This document shows, in pieces, positions 42,903 to 56,305 of a DNA stretch of 64,000 nucleotides (within the stretch, counting starts at the first letter, position 1; each line of letters opens with the position of its first letter). The stretch spans positions 29,636,001 to 29,700,000 of the forward strand of contig OZ024749.1 of the NCBI GenBank assembly GCA_964016885.1, read 5' to 3'. This DNA is from Eledone cirrhosa. Taxonomy: Eukaryota. The notes under the pieces were generated by a model, which worked only from the letters and a program-made list of their open reading frames with translations, searched no databases and was not told the origin of the DNA. The position numbers were made by a program, and so were the translations under genes.

Positions 42903-42992
<90 letters not shown>

Positions 42993-43061
42993 AAAGACGT
43001 AAAATAAGAAAATATTTTAAAAAAAACATTTTTTTAAAATTTTTTACTTACTTAAATTTTC

Positions 43062-43143
43062 ACTCCAACTAATTAGTTTCTGCAATGGGATAAAGACAGT
43101 TACGTAATCCAACTGTCGAGAATTCATTGCGTCATCAGGGAGT
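43062..43143 (-). ncRNA. Type I hammerhead ribozyme (family E)
   Basis: Minus strand: ACUCC-CUGAUGA-cGCAAUG..GACAGUU/AACUGUC..CAUUGCa-GAAA-CUAAUUAG-UU-GGAGU. Confidence 0.82.
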
Positions 43144-43552
43144 CTATTCTCAGTTAAGTCTCCAGGCAATGCGCGGACACTGGCGGCTCATATAAAAATA
43201 ATAATAATTCGGTAGATCGAACAGCTTGCGAGGACTGGATTCTATGTACCGAAATTCTCACTGCTTCAAGTCAAATGGCCGATTCTAAAGAATCAATCAC
43301 GTGACACAGAGGCTAGTTAGAAGGAATTGGATGGTAAGATGACTGACGCCTACTAACACCCCAAAAAAAAGTTTTTTTAGAAGTTTTTTTTTGGGGTGTT
43401 AGTATTTTTAAAAATATTTTCTTATTTTACGTCTTTTATATTATTGTTCTGCATTCTCCTGCATTGAACCACCTAGGTACTATGACATAACCTGTGTATT
43501 TGCTAGCATGGGCGTGCATCTGTGCGCTTATGTTAGTTGATATATTAAATTA

Positions 43553-43633
<81 letters not shown>

Positions 43634-44375
43634 GTATATATATATGTGTGTGTGTGTGTCTGTGTTTGTGTGTGTGTCTGTGTGTGTGGGGTGTGTGGGG
43701 TGGGAATGGGGTGTGGGTGTGGGTGGATGTGTGTGGGTGTGTGTGACGAAAAACAAACAAGCTTCACCACAGGATTCTAAAACTGTGACGTTAATTTCAT
43801 TGTTGCACGTTGAAAGGAAACATTTACAAAAGGTAGTGTTGTATTCTTCTACCGCCTCAGGTAAAAGACGTCGGTTCCTTTTCAGTTAGAAGTAAAAAAA
43901 AAAAACCCTTAAAAATATTAATATATATATGTATGCACTACTATATACATTCTTGCAATCAACAATAAATCAGAAATATTTAAACAAAACCAAGCAAAGA
44001 CAAAACAGAACAAAAAATGAAATAAAATAATAAATTAGACTAATCTTTCTTTGAAATTAGAAGAATATGAAAAAAAAAAAAGCTCTTTCAAAATCAATAA
44101 AAAACAAAAACATCTACAACAAAATATAGTTAAGATTTGAAGTAAAAAAAATAAGTAAAAAGATTTCAAGATGGCTTCCTAATACTTAGCGTCTGTTAAA
44201 GTTGGTTATCGCATCTAATGGCACAGCTAGAAAACTAGTCATACTTTTAAGACGTTGTAAATTTGAAATTTCATAGTTTATGGTTTCTCACACGAAAAAA
44301 ACTAGATGTATATATTTTCCGTGTTTCAATTCTAATTTTCGAGTTTATTACATTCTAACATTCTCTATGTAGCAT

Positions 44376-44468
<93 letters not shown>

Positions 44469-44694
44469 AAATTATATTATTGTAGAAATTTCCATTATTT
44501 TTATTTATAATTAATAAGCCAAGAGAGATCTATAAATTCTTTAAAATATTTAAATATTTATAAATTGCATACAAGGAAAGTAGTATGTATGTATGTATGT
44601 ATGTATGTATGTATGTATGTATGTATGTATGTATGTATGTATGTATGTATGTATGTATGTATGTATGTACGTATGTATATATGTATGTATGTTA

Positions 44695-45250
44695 TGTGGG
44701 GTCACTCTTGAGTGCTACTGGTAACATGTAACTCAGTACAACCTGTCGCATGGTCGGATCGTCGGCGACTAAACCGGCAACCCCACCAAGTTTACTTGGC
44801 GAGGAGGGTGATTTTGGACACCCTGCAGGACAAAAAACAAAACCTGACAAAGGGCGGAAGAACTCATAAGAGTCAACGGCCATCCAAAAGTGTGTAAATA
44901 TGTATATACACATGTACATATGTATGTATATGTATACGTGTATATGCATGGGTGCATGTGTATGTATATGCGCGGGGACATAGAAATAGTCGGGTTGGAC
45001 ACCCTATCGCGCGGTTAAACCAATGGGAGTGAAGGACCCCTAGCCTTTGTCGTGGCATTCTTTTAGGAGAAGGCAACTCAGGAAACCGGGATAACTCCGA
45101 TATAAAACCTGCAGCTAAGTAGTTACCGATGATGTTGATCTTTTCTTCTTTTCGGGTTATAGCTACTGTCGCTCAGAGAGTGGGATTGGCTCAGTGCACA
45201 GACTTTCCTCACTTTAAAAAATATCTTCACGCACAGGCATTGCACGATAG
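44695..45250 (+). mobile_element. Probable RTE-like LINE 5' UTR fragments
   Basis: GC-richer non-coding blocks with AAAACCTGACAAAGGGCGGA and TAGGAGAAGGCAACTC motifs, upstream of the RTE fragment; resemblance only. Confidence 0.35.
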
Positions 45251-45411
45251 AATTAATTAATAATTATTAATAATGGTATATCGTGCAATGACCATACTCG
45301 ATAACGAGGGGGCAACCATCATGTATGTAAGTATGTTTGAATGTATGTATGTATGTATGTATGTATGTATGTATGTATGTATGTATGTATGTATGTATGT
45401 ATGTATGTATG

Positions 45412-45660
45412 TGTGAAGTGAAGTGGAGACGTTTAATCAAGTCAGGAAGTGAACACTTCGAAACTCGTCGAAGAGAACACCTAACACTGAACTGCCTGCT
45501 GTTGAGCAACATCTGGTTTGCCAGCCCTGTGGTCGAATCTGTCCGAGCAAAGCTGGTTTGATTAGACATGAACAAAGTCATATCAGTAGACTTCATGAGG
45601 ATTATGATCTGAAAAGGTGTAAGGAATGTGGCAAAGAATGTGCAAGCATCGGTGATTATC
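45412..45660 (+). mobile_element. RTE-type LINE 3' fragment with C2H2 finger
   Basis: KWRRLIKSGSEHFETRRRE, then (frameshift) LVCQPCGRICPSKAGLIRHEQSH. Confidence 0.75.
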
Positions 45661-45974
45661 CTGGTTTCAGTGACATTAAGCAACTGAGAGTACAAGCCTA
45701 CCTCCTGGACAGGATACCAGTTCCCCCCACGGTTAACGTCAGTCTCAAGTCAGGAGGCTGATTAGGCTGGTGCTTATCCTGAGCGACTGAGAGAATCTCC
45801 CCTTCCTGGAAAGGACACCAGTCCATTGCAGGTGAAAATTAGTACCAGTAATAACGGGGGGTTAAACCCCCCGTTATTACTGGTACTAATTTTCACTTGA
45901 GTATACTGGAGCAACGTGAAATGAAGTGTTTTGGTCAAGAACACGACACACGACCCAGTCACACACACGCACAA

Positions 45975-46006
<32 letters not shown>

Positions 46007-46059
46007 CCACACACCTCATGCCCCCCCCCCCCCCACGCACGCGCACACACACACACGCG

Positions 46060-46205
<146 letters not shown>

Positions 46206-46386
46206 GTCTGTGTAGGTAGATCAATAGCAGTTTTATGGTTTATATAAACACAGCCATACACTCAATGAAGGAGAGATATATACTCTTTAAAGACAATATA
46301 ATATTTGTTATATATAATTATTGTTTAGAAAATAGGTAAGGAAGAAAAAATAGGTATATTTTTCTCTATCATTTCCTCATATTTTG

Positions 46387-46421
<35 letters not shown>

Positions 46422-47083
46422 ATGTGTGTGTGTGTGTGCGTGTATGTATATGTATATATATATATATATATATCGATATAGACATATAGATATAGATAGA
46501 TACATAAATAGAAATAGTCGTCAATACATAAATAGAAAGATACATAAATAGAAAGAGTCGTCAAGTATAAAATTTATGGAAATTTGTTTTCTTTCTACAA
46601 ATTTCTTCTACAATTTTAATTACTAGAGTGAGAGTTAGTAAGAGAAAGACAGAGAGATAAAGGAGTAAAGGCAGACTGTTTGATATGTAGAGATGTTAAG
46701 AGGCTGGCAGTATTAGTATTTATGGAATTCATTGTTGATTTATAAATATATATGTTATATATTAGAAGATATTAGAAGATATTAATTCTGCACTGTGTTC
46801 GTTTTGGTAAATAATGGTAAATTAGAATTTAAATTTAAAAAAATGTTTTTTTCGTAAACACTTTATTTTTACTTGAAAAATTTCGGCAACTTATGTTTGC
46901 CTTCAAGTGTATACATATATTTGGAATATTTATCTATTAATGAGTAAGTATATTTGCGGACACACACACACACACACACATATGTATATCATATATATAT
47001 ATATGTATAAATATTTCTGTTGAATAATAGATTTGATATTTCCCTACTTCATTCTTGCATTAAATGTGTGTGTGTATTTATAT

Positions 47084-47165
<82 letters not shown>

Positions 47166-47198
47166 TAGATATATATATACACACACATATATATATAT

Positions 47199-47267
<69 letters not shown>

Positions 47268-47551
47268 TAGATATATATATACACATATATATATATACAC
47301 ACATACACACACACGAACACGCACACGCACACACATATATGTATGTATGTATGTATGTATGTTTGTGATATGTGTTTATTTATATATATATATATGCAGA
47401 ATGCTCATTTGGCTTTCTCTATATGAAATACATGTTTTGTTGCCGCGTTAACAACTTTTATGTAAATACTAATTCAGGCTGTGTTGCTTAAATATGCCTT
47501 AAAAAGCTTTTCTAAATTAATCATAACCCTGTATATATGTATATATGTATG

Positions 47552-47624
<73 letters not shown>

Positions 47625-47626
<2 letters not shown>

Positions 47627-47822
47627 CGAAGGAAATGTGGTAAGGAACCAGGTGGACCATAACGCACCAAAGTACTCAATACTTAGAGTAGTAGAGTGGG
47701 TAATAGGAACCAGTAAGACCCCGACGGCTGAGCTCAAGCCGTTTCGACGGCTAATTCTGGACTAGCCGTCCAGAATTAGCCGTCGAAACGGCTTGAGCTC
47801 AGCCGTCGGGGTCTTACTGGTT

Positions 47823-47826
<4 letters not shown>
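47625..47826 (-). mobile_element. Fold-back family-F PLE terminal fragment
   Basis: Tail plus palindrome in (TA)n. Confidence 0.8.
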
Positions 47827-47879
<53 letters not shown>

Positions 47880-47935
47880 ACTAGAAATAGATTGACATAT
47901 ATATATAAAATAAACATATGGAACAATCACAGGAG

Positions 47936-47975
<40 letters not shown>

Positions 47976-48171
47976 TGTATGTATAGTATATTTGGCAATA
48001 TACCGTATGTTTAATTAAAATCATTTAGAATACGATTCGCTATTAGTTTCAAGATAATGACTATGTCATTTACTTATTTTCGGCAAAGGCTCACGCACTC
48101 ACCTATACGGTATATTGTCAAATATACTATACATGCATTCATGTATACATTGCTATCTCAGAGCACCAATA

Positions 48172-48213
<42 letters not shown>

Positions 48214-48257
48214 CACACACATACATACTCACACATATATATATATATATATATAAT

Positions 48258-48444
48258 AATTGTTTCTACTTTAGGCACAAGGCCAGCAATTGCCCAGTGC
48301 ATTACTGGTACTTTATTTTATCGACCCCGTAAGGATGAAAGGCAAAGTCAACCTCGGCGGGATTTGAACTCATATCGTAAAGGGACGTAACTATGGTGGA
48401 AAGCATGGCGTCCGACCCTCTACCGATACTGCCAATCCACCGCC
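48258..48444 (-). mobile_element. Full-length SINE family-1
   Basis: Complete A/B boxes, core and tail. Confidence 0.88.
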
Positions 48445-48563
48445 TTTATAATAATAATATTATAAAAAGGACGATTTGTTATGTTTCCATTACGTTTATT
48501 GAGAAGTGCCTATATATATATATATATATATATGTAAAGAGGAAAATGCGAAGTTGTAAGCTG

Positions 48564-48614
<51 letters not shown>

Positions 48615-49079
48615 AATATATACACACACCCAGCAATCCTTAACCATACGCATCACATGTACACACACCAACGTAGTCTTTTATATGTATGATAGAATGG
48701 CTGTACACAAAATGGCGGAAAGTTAACTTGTTTAATATGTGAAGGCAGTAAATTATTGGGTAAACATGACATAGTTCAACTATGTATTGGTTAGATATCG
48801 TCGATATACATTGTGAATTGATGCAGTAAATTATCCCAGAAGGTAATACACGGTTCTGCTATTGTGATCATCTATAGAGAATTCTGTGGAAAATAGGAAA
48901 TTGAAAAGGACAGAGAAATGGTATGCATGCCAAACTCCCAGTATAATTTAATTTAGGGAGCAGAGTAATCCTTGGAGGTTTCTGGCAATTCTTTATCATT
49001 ATATAATGGATGTATGATACATCTGTTATTTTATAGTAAACAATAATAGAGATTATGTGAGATACTTGATGTTATATTA

Positions 49080-49365
49080 CAGGGGTGTCTCTGTAGTAAT
49101 TGTTACTATAATACTTAGGGTTTGAGAAGGTTGGGGGGCTCTCTGTATTAATTGTTACTATAATACTTGGGGTTTGAGAAGGTGGTGGAGGTCTCTGTAA
49201 TAATTTCTACTAAAAGACTTAGTGATTGAGAAGGGGGAACTTCTGTAATATTTATTACTACAATACTTAGGGATTCAGAGGGGGAACTTCTGTAATATTT
49301 ATTACTACAATACTTAGGGATTGAGAGGGGGAACTTCTGTAATAATTACTACTATAATATTTGAG
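49080..49365. repeat. Degenerate ~45-55-bp tandem repeat
   Basis: CTGTAATA.TT.TTACTA.AATACTTAGGG unit x6. Confidence 0.8.
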
Positions 49366-49723
49366 TGGGAAGTGAGAGGAGTGTCTAGTCATGACCTTAA
49401 CGTCCCCGCACCCTTTCAGTTATGTCTGGCTAAGGGATTCAGTAAAACACCTAATGTTTTAATACTTGAAGGTGGGGAGTGTATTGGGGGTCAGAGAACA
49501 AGAATTGTTGGATAAGTATGAATAGGTGAAATTGTATAATGGTGGCCCACATTAAAGATATATGAAATATCGGTAATGATAGGATCTCTAGAGATTTTAA
49601 TAGCCTTGATCAATGGTTAATGAAAACAGTAGTTAATGAAAATAATGATTTCTGATTTAGGCAAGGTATATTGTTCGAATCTCTGCCGATACCGCTAATC
49701 TACCGCTCTTTAGTTTATATATA

Positions 49724-50708
49724 ATAATTGTTTCTACTTTTGGCACAAGGCCAGCAATTATCCCAGTGCGTTACTGGTACTTTATTTTATCGACCCCCAG
49801 ATGGATGAAAGGCGGGATCTGAACTCACAGTATTAAGAAACCTAATCAAATAATATAAAGCAATTTTTTTCCAGTATTGCTTATTTAAATTATAATGAAA
49901 TCTTTTGAAAAACTACAATAATAATCGTTTCTACTTTTGGCACAAGGCCAGCAATTATCCCAGTGCATTACTGGTACTTTATTTTATCGACCCCCAGATG
50001 GATGAAAGGCGGGATCTGAACTCACAGTATTAAGAAACCTAATCAAATAATATAAAGCAATTTTTTTCCAGTATTGCTTATTTAAATTATAATGAAATCT
50101 TTTGAAAAACTACAATAATAATCGTTTCTACTTTTGGCACAAGGCCAGCAATTATCCCAGTGCGTTACTGGTACTTTATTTTATCGACCCCCAGATGGAT
50201 GAAAGGCGGGATCTGAACTCACAGTATTAAGAAACCTAATCAAATAATATAAAGCAATTTTTTTCCAGTATTGCTTATTTAAATTATAATGAAATCTTTT
50301 GAAAAACTACAATAATAATCGTTTCTACTTTTGGCACAAGGCCAGCAATTATCCCAGTGCATTACTGGTACTTTATTTTATCGACCCCCAGATGGATGAA
50401 AGGCGGGATCTGAACTCACAGTATTAAGAAACCTAATCAAATAATATAAAGCAATTTTTTTCCAGTATTGCTTATTTAAATTATAATGAAATCTTTTGAA
50501 AAACTACAATAATAATCGTTTCTACTTTTGGCACAAGGCCAGCAATTATCCCAGTGCGTTACTGGTACTTTATTTTATCGACCCCCAGATGGATGAAAGG
50601 CGGGATCTGAACTCACAGTATTAAGAAACCTAATCAAATAATATAAAGCAATTTTTTTCCAGTATTGCTTATTTAAATTATAATGAAATCTTTTGAAAAA
50701 CTACAATA
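49724..50708 (-). repeat. 197-bp tandem repeat x5 built from an internally deleted SINE plus flank
   Basis: Period 197 (ATAATCG C at 49926, 50123, 50320, 50517, 50714). Confidence 0.93.
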
Positions 50709-51450
50709 ATAATCGTTTCTACTTTTGGCACAAGGCCAGCAATTATCTCAGTACATTACTGGTACTTTATTTTATCGACCCCGTAGGATGAAAGGCAAAG
50801 TTAACCTCGGCGGGATTTGAACTCAGATCGTAATGGGACGTAACTCTATGCTGCAAAGCATGGCGTCAGATCCTCTACCAATACTGCCAATCCACTGCCC
50901 CTATATAGTTTATATATAGGTTTCTGATTAAGGTAAATTATATAATTCGGATCTCTATCGATACTGTTAATCCACCGCCCTCTATTTAATAATGGATTCT
51001 GATTTAGGCACAAGGCCAGCAATTTTGGGAAAAGTGAAAGTCGGTTAAATTTACCCCCAGTGCGTTACTGGTACTTTATTTTATAAACCCTGAAAAAATG
51101 AAAGGAAAAAGCTAATCTTGGCGGGATTTGAACTCAGAACGGAACCGGATGTAACTATACGCCACAGAGCATGTTGTCCGAAACTCTCTCAATTCTGCCA
51201 ACCCTTTTATGAAAATAATGGTTTATGATTTAGGCACAAGGGCAACAATTTTTTTTTTGGGGGGGGGGAGGGGAAACACGATTAAATCGACTCCAGTGCG
51301 TTACTGGTACTTTATTTTATCGACTCCGTAAGGATGAAAGGCAAAGTTAATCCCGGCGGGATTGGAACTCAGAACGTAAAAAGACGTAACTATAGGCCAC
51401 ACAGCATTTTTTCCGGCGATCTACCGACTCTTGTCGATCCACCACCCTTT
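50709..51450 (-). mobile_element. Three further SINE family-1 copies
   Basis: Reverse-complement core and B box x3. Confidence 0.8.
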
Positions 51451-52180
51451 TATGAAAATAAGGGTTAATGGAAATAATCACTAAAAGATTTTCAAACGAC
51501 TATTTTATAAAGAGCAGCCAGAAAACTAGAGCAAAAACTGTGCTGAAAATGAAGGTAAAATGCCGCACAAAACAAATATTACTAATAAGTATAAAATTAC
51601 TAATATGTGTCGTTAGGCCTTGTAATGAAAATCCGCTGAAGCTAATTTTGCTTATTAACATTTCGAGGTTGATAAACATAGTACATGGTGTCGAATTGGC
51701 AGCAGAGTCATGAGAATGTCGCTTAGAATATTTGCGGCATTCGTTCTGCCTCCCTGCTCTCTGAGTTCAAATCCTGTCGAGGTCAACTTTGATTTCATTC
51801 TTTCAAGGTCGATAAAAAGTACCAGTCTAGTACTGGGGTTCGATTCTTCCGTTAAATCCCCTTTTCACTTCCTCCCCCTCACCCTCTATCATTTTCTGGA
51901 AGAAATTTGCTGTATTTCAGACTCGGAGAGGAGATGGGCTCTGCTAGGTTTAAAAATGCCCTAGAAACACCATATGTCAAAAAAACGCCCTTACGACTCC
52001 CCCAGGAGTTACAGGACCATACCATGCTAACGTAGTACCAGTGGAGGGGTGGTGGTTTGATAGACATTGTTAAAGAATGGGATTGGATTCTTTGTGGTCT
52101 CTGATTCAGTTTTATGTATTCTGACTTCATATATCACCCTCTTCTGCTTGGAGTTGCAACTAGTAGACTGTACTAATAAT

Positions 52181-52327
52181 TGTTTCTACTTTTGGCACAA
52201 GCCCAGTGTATTACTGGTACTTTATTTTATCGACCCCATAAGGATGAACTCAGACCACAAAGGGCCATAACTCGTTGCTGAAAAGCACGGCGTCAGAGCC
52301 TCTACCGATACTGCCAATCCACCGCCG
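52181..52327 (-). mobile_element. Internally deleted SINE family-1 with 11-bp TSD, in a family-2-like tail
   Basis: GTACTAATAAT at 52170 and 52328. Confidence 0.8.
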
Positions 52328-53049
52328 TACTAATAATACAAAGGCCAGTGGAAATATTGTTTTCTGGGTTCAATTTGACGCTCGGATAAAAAACTATTAC
52401 TAATAATTATTTGTTCCTACAAACAACAAAGTCTGCTATACGATACTTGAATCGAGAAAAAAAAAATAGTAACAAAATAAACAAAAGAAGACCCCCCCCC
52501 CAAAAAAAAATGAATATAAAAAAAACAACCCTCCCCCAACGAAAAACAACAATAACAACAACTACAAAATATTAATATTAACATTATTAAAAAATTAAGA
52601 AAAGGCCACAAAAGTAGTGGAGGTGCGTAAGTGGTGAACTGTCAATTAAATGGAGGTCCGGTATGGGTCTCAGAACATATTTTACCAATTCAGAAAAGTT
52701 GAATAGCAAAATCGACCTAAGTTTGGTTTGAACTAGGAACGTAAATTCTTGAGTTTAGGAGAAATATGAAATAAATTTAATCGATTTTTATACTCGTGAG
52801 GTATATAGTATATTGATCCTGGAAAAGATGAAAGGTAATCAACCCAAGAACGAATCTTGTAAATGTCATAAAGGGGCATAACTTAACACCACAAGTCATT
52901 TTGTCCGGCACTCTACGTATTTTGCTCTACTTCGGCTCTAAATTGACATACATTCACTTATACATAGAAGAAATGCTTCGAATTTATCTGGTAAAATGTT
53001 GATGTTGTGGTGTTAATACTTTACAGAAAAGACAGGAGTAAGTGGAACT

Positions 53050-54060
53050 AAAAGGGGTTGACTTTATATCGTAGAGTTCAGGGCAAAATGGTGATGTGGT
53101 GTTCATACTTTACAGAAAAAGACAGGAGTAAGCGGAACTAAGTGTACATTCTACTAATCGGGGATTTTATAGGAATACCTATTTTTCAACTATCTTAATA
53201 TTTAATTTTAGTTTGTCTAGAGTCCTTCTAAATCTGTAATCTAGTACGCCTCTGGAGGTTGCATTGAAGAACATTACACTCTGGAATTTATTGCTGTCAT
53301 ACCACAAGTTGATAGTATTTATCTTCTTCTTAGTTCCCACTATCTTATTCCAAAATTTGCTCCTATACACGAGGCAAGTCCCATTTGCATAATTTTCTAT
53401 AATATTCTTCCGTTTGGCCTTAGTTCCTTCATACACCCTGATCCTGTCTCTCTGATTGTAGCCAGAGAACTGCATGCGGTGGATGAAGTGTTGTATGTCT
53501 CTCTCCAATTCTTCAGGACTCCACATGCAATTAGTATGTTGATTTTTACGTTAACCCGAAATGGCTGTTTCGGTGGATCAGGTACTTGGAGGCCATGGGT
53601 TTGGTATAATGCGAATGGAGGATCTGTGTTTAATTATAAATGGTTTTTAACCAGAGTTCTGTGTCAAGTACAGGTAGTCTGTGGTTGGGGTGTTTGGTTG
53701 GATAGCCTATGGTAAATTTGATACTCTGATGGATGGAGTTTTTTGCTGGATTCATTTGATGGTGTTCCTTTCTGACTCCTGACTATTCTCCTGCGGGGGT
53801 ATTTTAACTACAATGTTAACGTCATATACGTAGCTACAGTCAGAGTTATATAGTTCTCATCTAAGCGTGCCTTAAGTATCCTGTCACAATATACCATAAA
53901 GAGGTTGGCCACGTCACCAGTAATGCTGACACCAATGGCCGCACCCTCTTCTAGGGCATGTTTTGGTATTGAACTTAAACATATGTTCCTTAAGGGTTAA
54001 TCTTATACTGGTCCCCACCGCATCTGCTATCATTTTCCTTACATGTAAAACAAATACAAA
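53050..54060 (-). pseudogene. Decayed PLE reverse transcriptase of a second lineage
   Basis: Frameshifted AIGVSITGDVANLFMVYCD, YVYDVNIVVK (YVDD-like), thumb region HRMQFSGY..R..YRSKFW..WY..SVMFFNAT. Confidence 0.7.
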
Positions 54061-54061
54061 A

Positions 54062-54110
<49 letters not shown>

Positions 54111-54201
54111 CGAAGGAAAAGTGGTAAGGAACCAGGTGGACCATAACGCACCAAAGTACTCAATACTTGGGGTAGTAGAGTGGGTAATAGGAACCAGTAA
54201 G

Positions 54202-54295
54202 ACCCCGACGGCTGAGCTCAAGCCGTTTCGACGGCTAATTCTGGACTAAATGAAAATTTATCCTGGTATTTAAATAGCCGATCTTCTCAAGGGGT
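54202..54295 (-). ncRNA. Type I hammerhead ribozyme, U3-A8 variant (family F)
   Basis: Reverse complement of the 54545 copy. Confidence 0.8.
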
Positions 54296-54544
54296 AATTC
54301 CATATATGGTCAAAGTGATTGTCAAAAGTCAGTAGTAATTCTGTGATTGCAAATTAGTAGGGGAGACGGTATCTTCTTTGACCTCATGCCCAGCTGTAGC
54401 TGGCACTACCAACGCTTGATTGGGTCTACTCCACCCCCTCCCCTCTTTCTCCTACTGGCAAGTTTAGCCACCATCTCCCCTACTAATTTGCAATCACAGA
54501 ATTACTACTGACTTTTGACAATCACTTTGACCATATATGGGATT

Positions 54545-54638
54545 ACCCCTTGAGAAGATCGGCTATTTAAATACCAGGATAAATTTTCATTTAGTCCAGA
54601 ATTAGCCGTCGAAACGGCTTGAGCTCAGCCGTCGGGGT
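54545..54638 (+). ncRNA. Type I hammerhead ribozyme, U3-A8 variant (family F)
   Basis: ACCCC-UUGAGAA-GA(u)CGGCUA..UAGCCGUC-GAAA-CGGCU(ugagcuc)AGCCG-UC-GGGGU. Confidence 0.8.
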
Positions 54639-54650
54639 CTTACTGGTTCC

Positions 54651-54684
<34 letters not shown>

Positions 54685-54803
54685 AAAGGTAAACAGAAAT
54701 AACAACACAATCGGTACAGTATATGGAAGGGATATATATATATATATATATATATGCGACACATTCACATCTACGTGGATTTATATCTAGTAGATTTGGA
54801 AAA

Positions 54804-54883
54804 GCTATCTGAAGAGCTATATCTTTCCATTGGAAATTCTCTGAATTTCCAATCTTTTGATTAGCGAAACCGTCGGTCATGGC
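54804..54883 (+). ncRNA. Type I hammerhead ribozyme (family G)
   Basis: GCUAU-CUGAAGA-GCUA..UUGGAAAUU/AAUUUCCAA..UAGC-GAAA-CCGUCGG-UC-AUGGC; distal stem I UCUAGU/ACUAGA. Confidence 0.85.
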
Positions 54884-54944
54884 ACTAGAAGAGGTAAATA
54901 TTTAAATCGTATTTTAATTTATTTAAAAGATTGTTTAATGTTTA

Positions 54945-55008
<64 letters not shown>

Positions 55009-55202
55009 TAGATATTCATAAACCCGCTACAAAGCACGAACACACAAACATATATAAACATAAACATAAAGACAGGCATATACATACATACACAAGAAGG
55101 CATATACAAACACAACCACACACACATACACACGTAGATGTATATAGACATGAGTACATAATAACATCCTTATTAATACACACACACACACACATACATA
55201 CA

Positions 55203-56305
55203 CAGCTGACCCTTGGGTGGTAGAGGTAATCTGTGACCTAGTTTAACACCACCAACTGACCCTTGGGGGGTAGAGGTAACCTGTCACCCAGTTTAACACC
55301 ACCAACTGACACTTGGGTGGTAGAGGTAACCTGTCACCCAGTTTAACACCACCAACTGACATTTGGGTGGTAGAGGTAACCTGTCACCCAGTTTAACACC
55401 ACCAACTGACCCTTGGGTGGTAGAGGTAACCTGTCACCCAGTTTAACGCCACCAACTGGCCCTTGGGGGGTAGAGGTAACCTGTCACCCAGTTTAACACC
55501 ACCAACTGACACTTGGGTGGTAGAGGTAACCTGTCACCCAGTTTAACACCACCAGCTGACCCATGGGTGGTAGAGGTAACCTGTCATCCAGTTTAACCCC
55601 ACCAACTGACACTTGGGTGGTAGAGGTAACCTGTCATCCAGTTTAACACCACCAATTGACCCTTGGAGGGGTAGAGGTAACCTGTCACCCAGTTTAACGC
55701 CACCAACTGACACTTGGGTGGTAGAGGTAACCTGTCACCCAGTTTAACGCCACCAACTGACCCTTGGGTGGTAGAGGTAACCTGTCACCCAGTTTAACAC
55801 CACCAACTGACACTTGGGTGGTAGAGGTAACCTGTCACCCAGTTTAACACCACCAACTGACCCTTGGGTGGTAGAGGTAACCTGTCACCTAGTTTAACAC
55901 CACCAACTGACCCTTGGGTGGTAGAGGTAGCCTGTCACCCAGTTTAACACTACCAACTGACCCTTGGGTGGTAGAGGTAACCTGTCACCCAGTTTAACAC
56001 CACCAACTGACCCTTGGGTGGTAGAGGTAACCTGTCACCCAGTTTAACACCACCAACTGACCCTTGGGTGGTAGAGGTAACCTGTCACCCAGTTTAACAC
56101 CACCAACTGACCCTTGGGTAGTAGAGGTAACCTGTCATCTAGTTTAACACCACCAACTGACCCTTGGGTGGTAGAGGTAACCTGTCACCCAGTTTAACAC
56201 CACCAGCTGACCCATGGGTGGTAGAGGTAACCTGTCACCCAGTTTAACACCACCAACTGACCCTTGGGGGTAGAGGTAACCTGTCACCCAGTTTAACATT
56301 ACCAC
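55203..56305. repeat. 50-bp minisatellite (~22 copies)
   Basis: CACCAACTGACCCTTGGGTGGTAGAGGTAACCTGTCACCCAGTTTAACAC. Confidence 0.96.

Larger units (their letters stand above)
54108..54652. mobile_element. Longest family-F fold-back PLE pLTR (180-bp arms, ~105-bp spacer, 80-bp tail)
   Basis: 54188-54367 is the reverse complement of 54474-54652; (TA)n on both sides. Confidence 0.88.
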
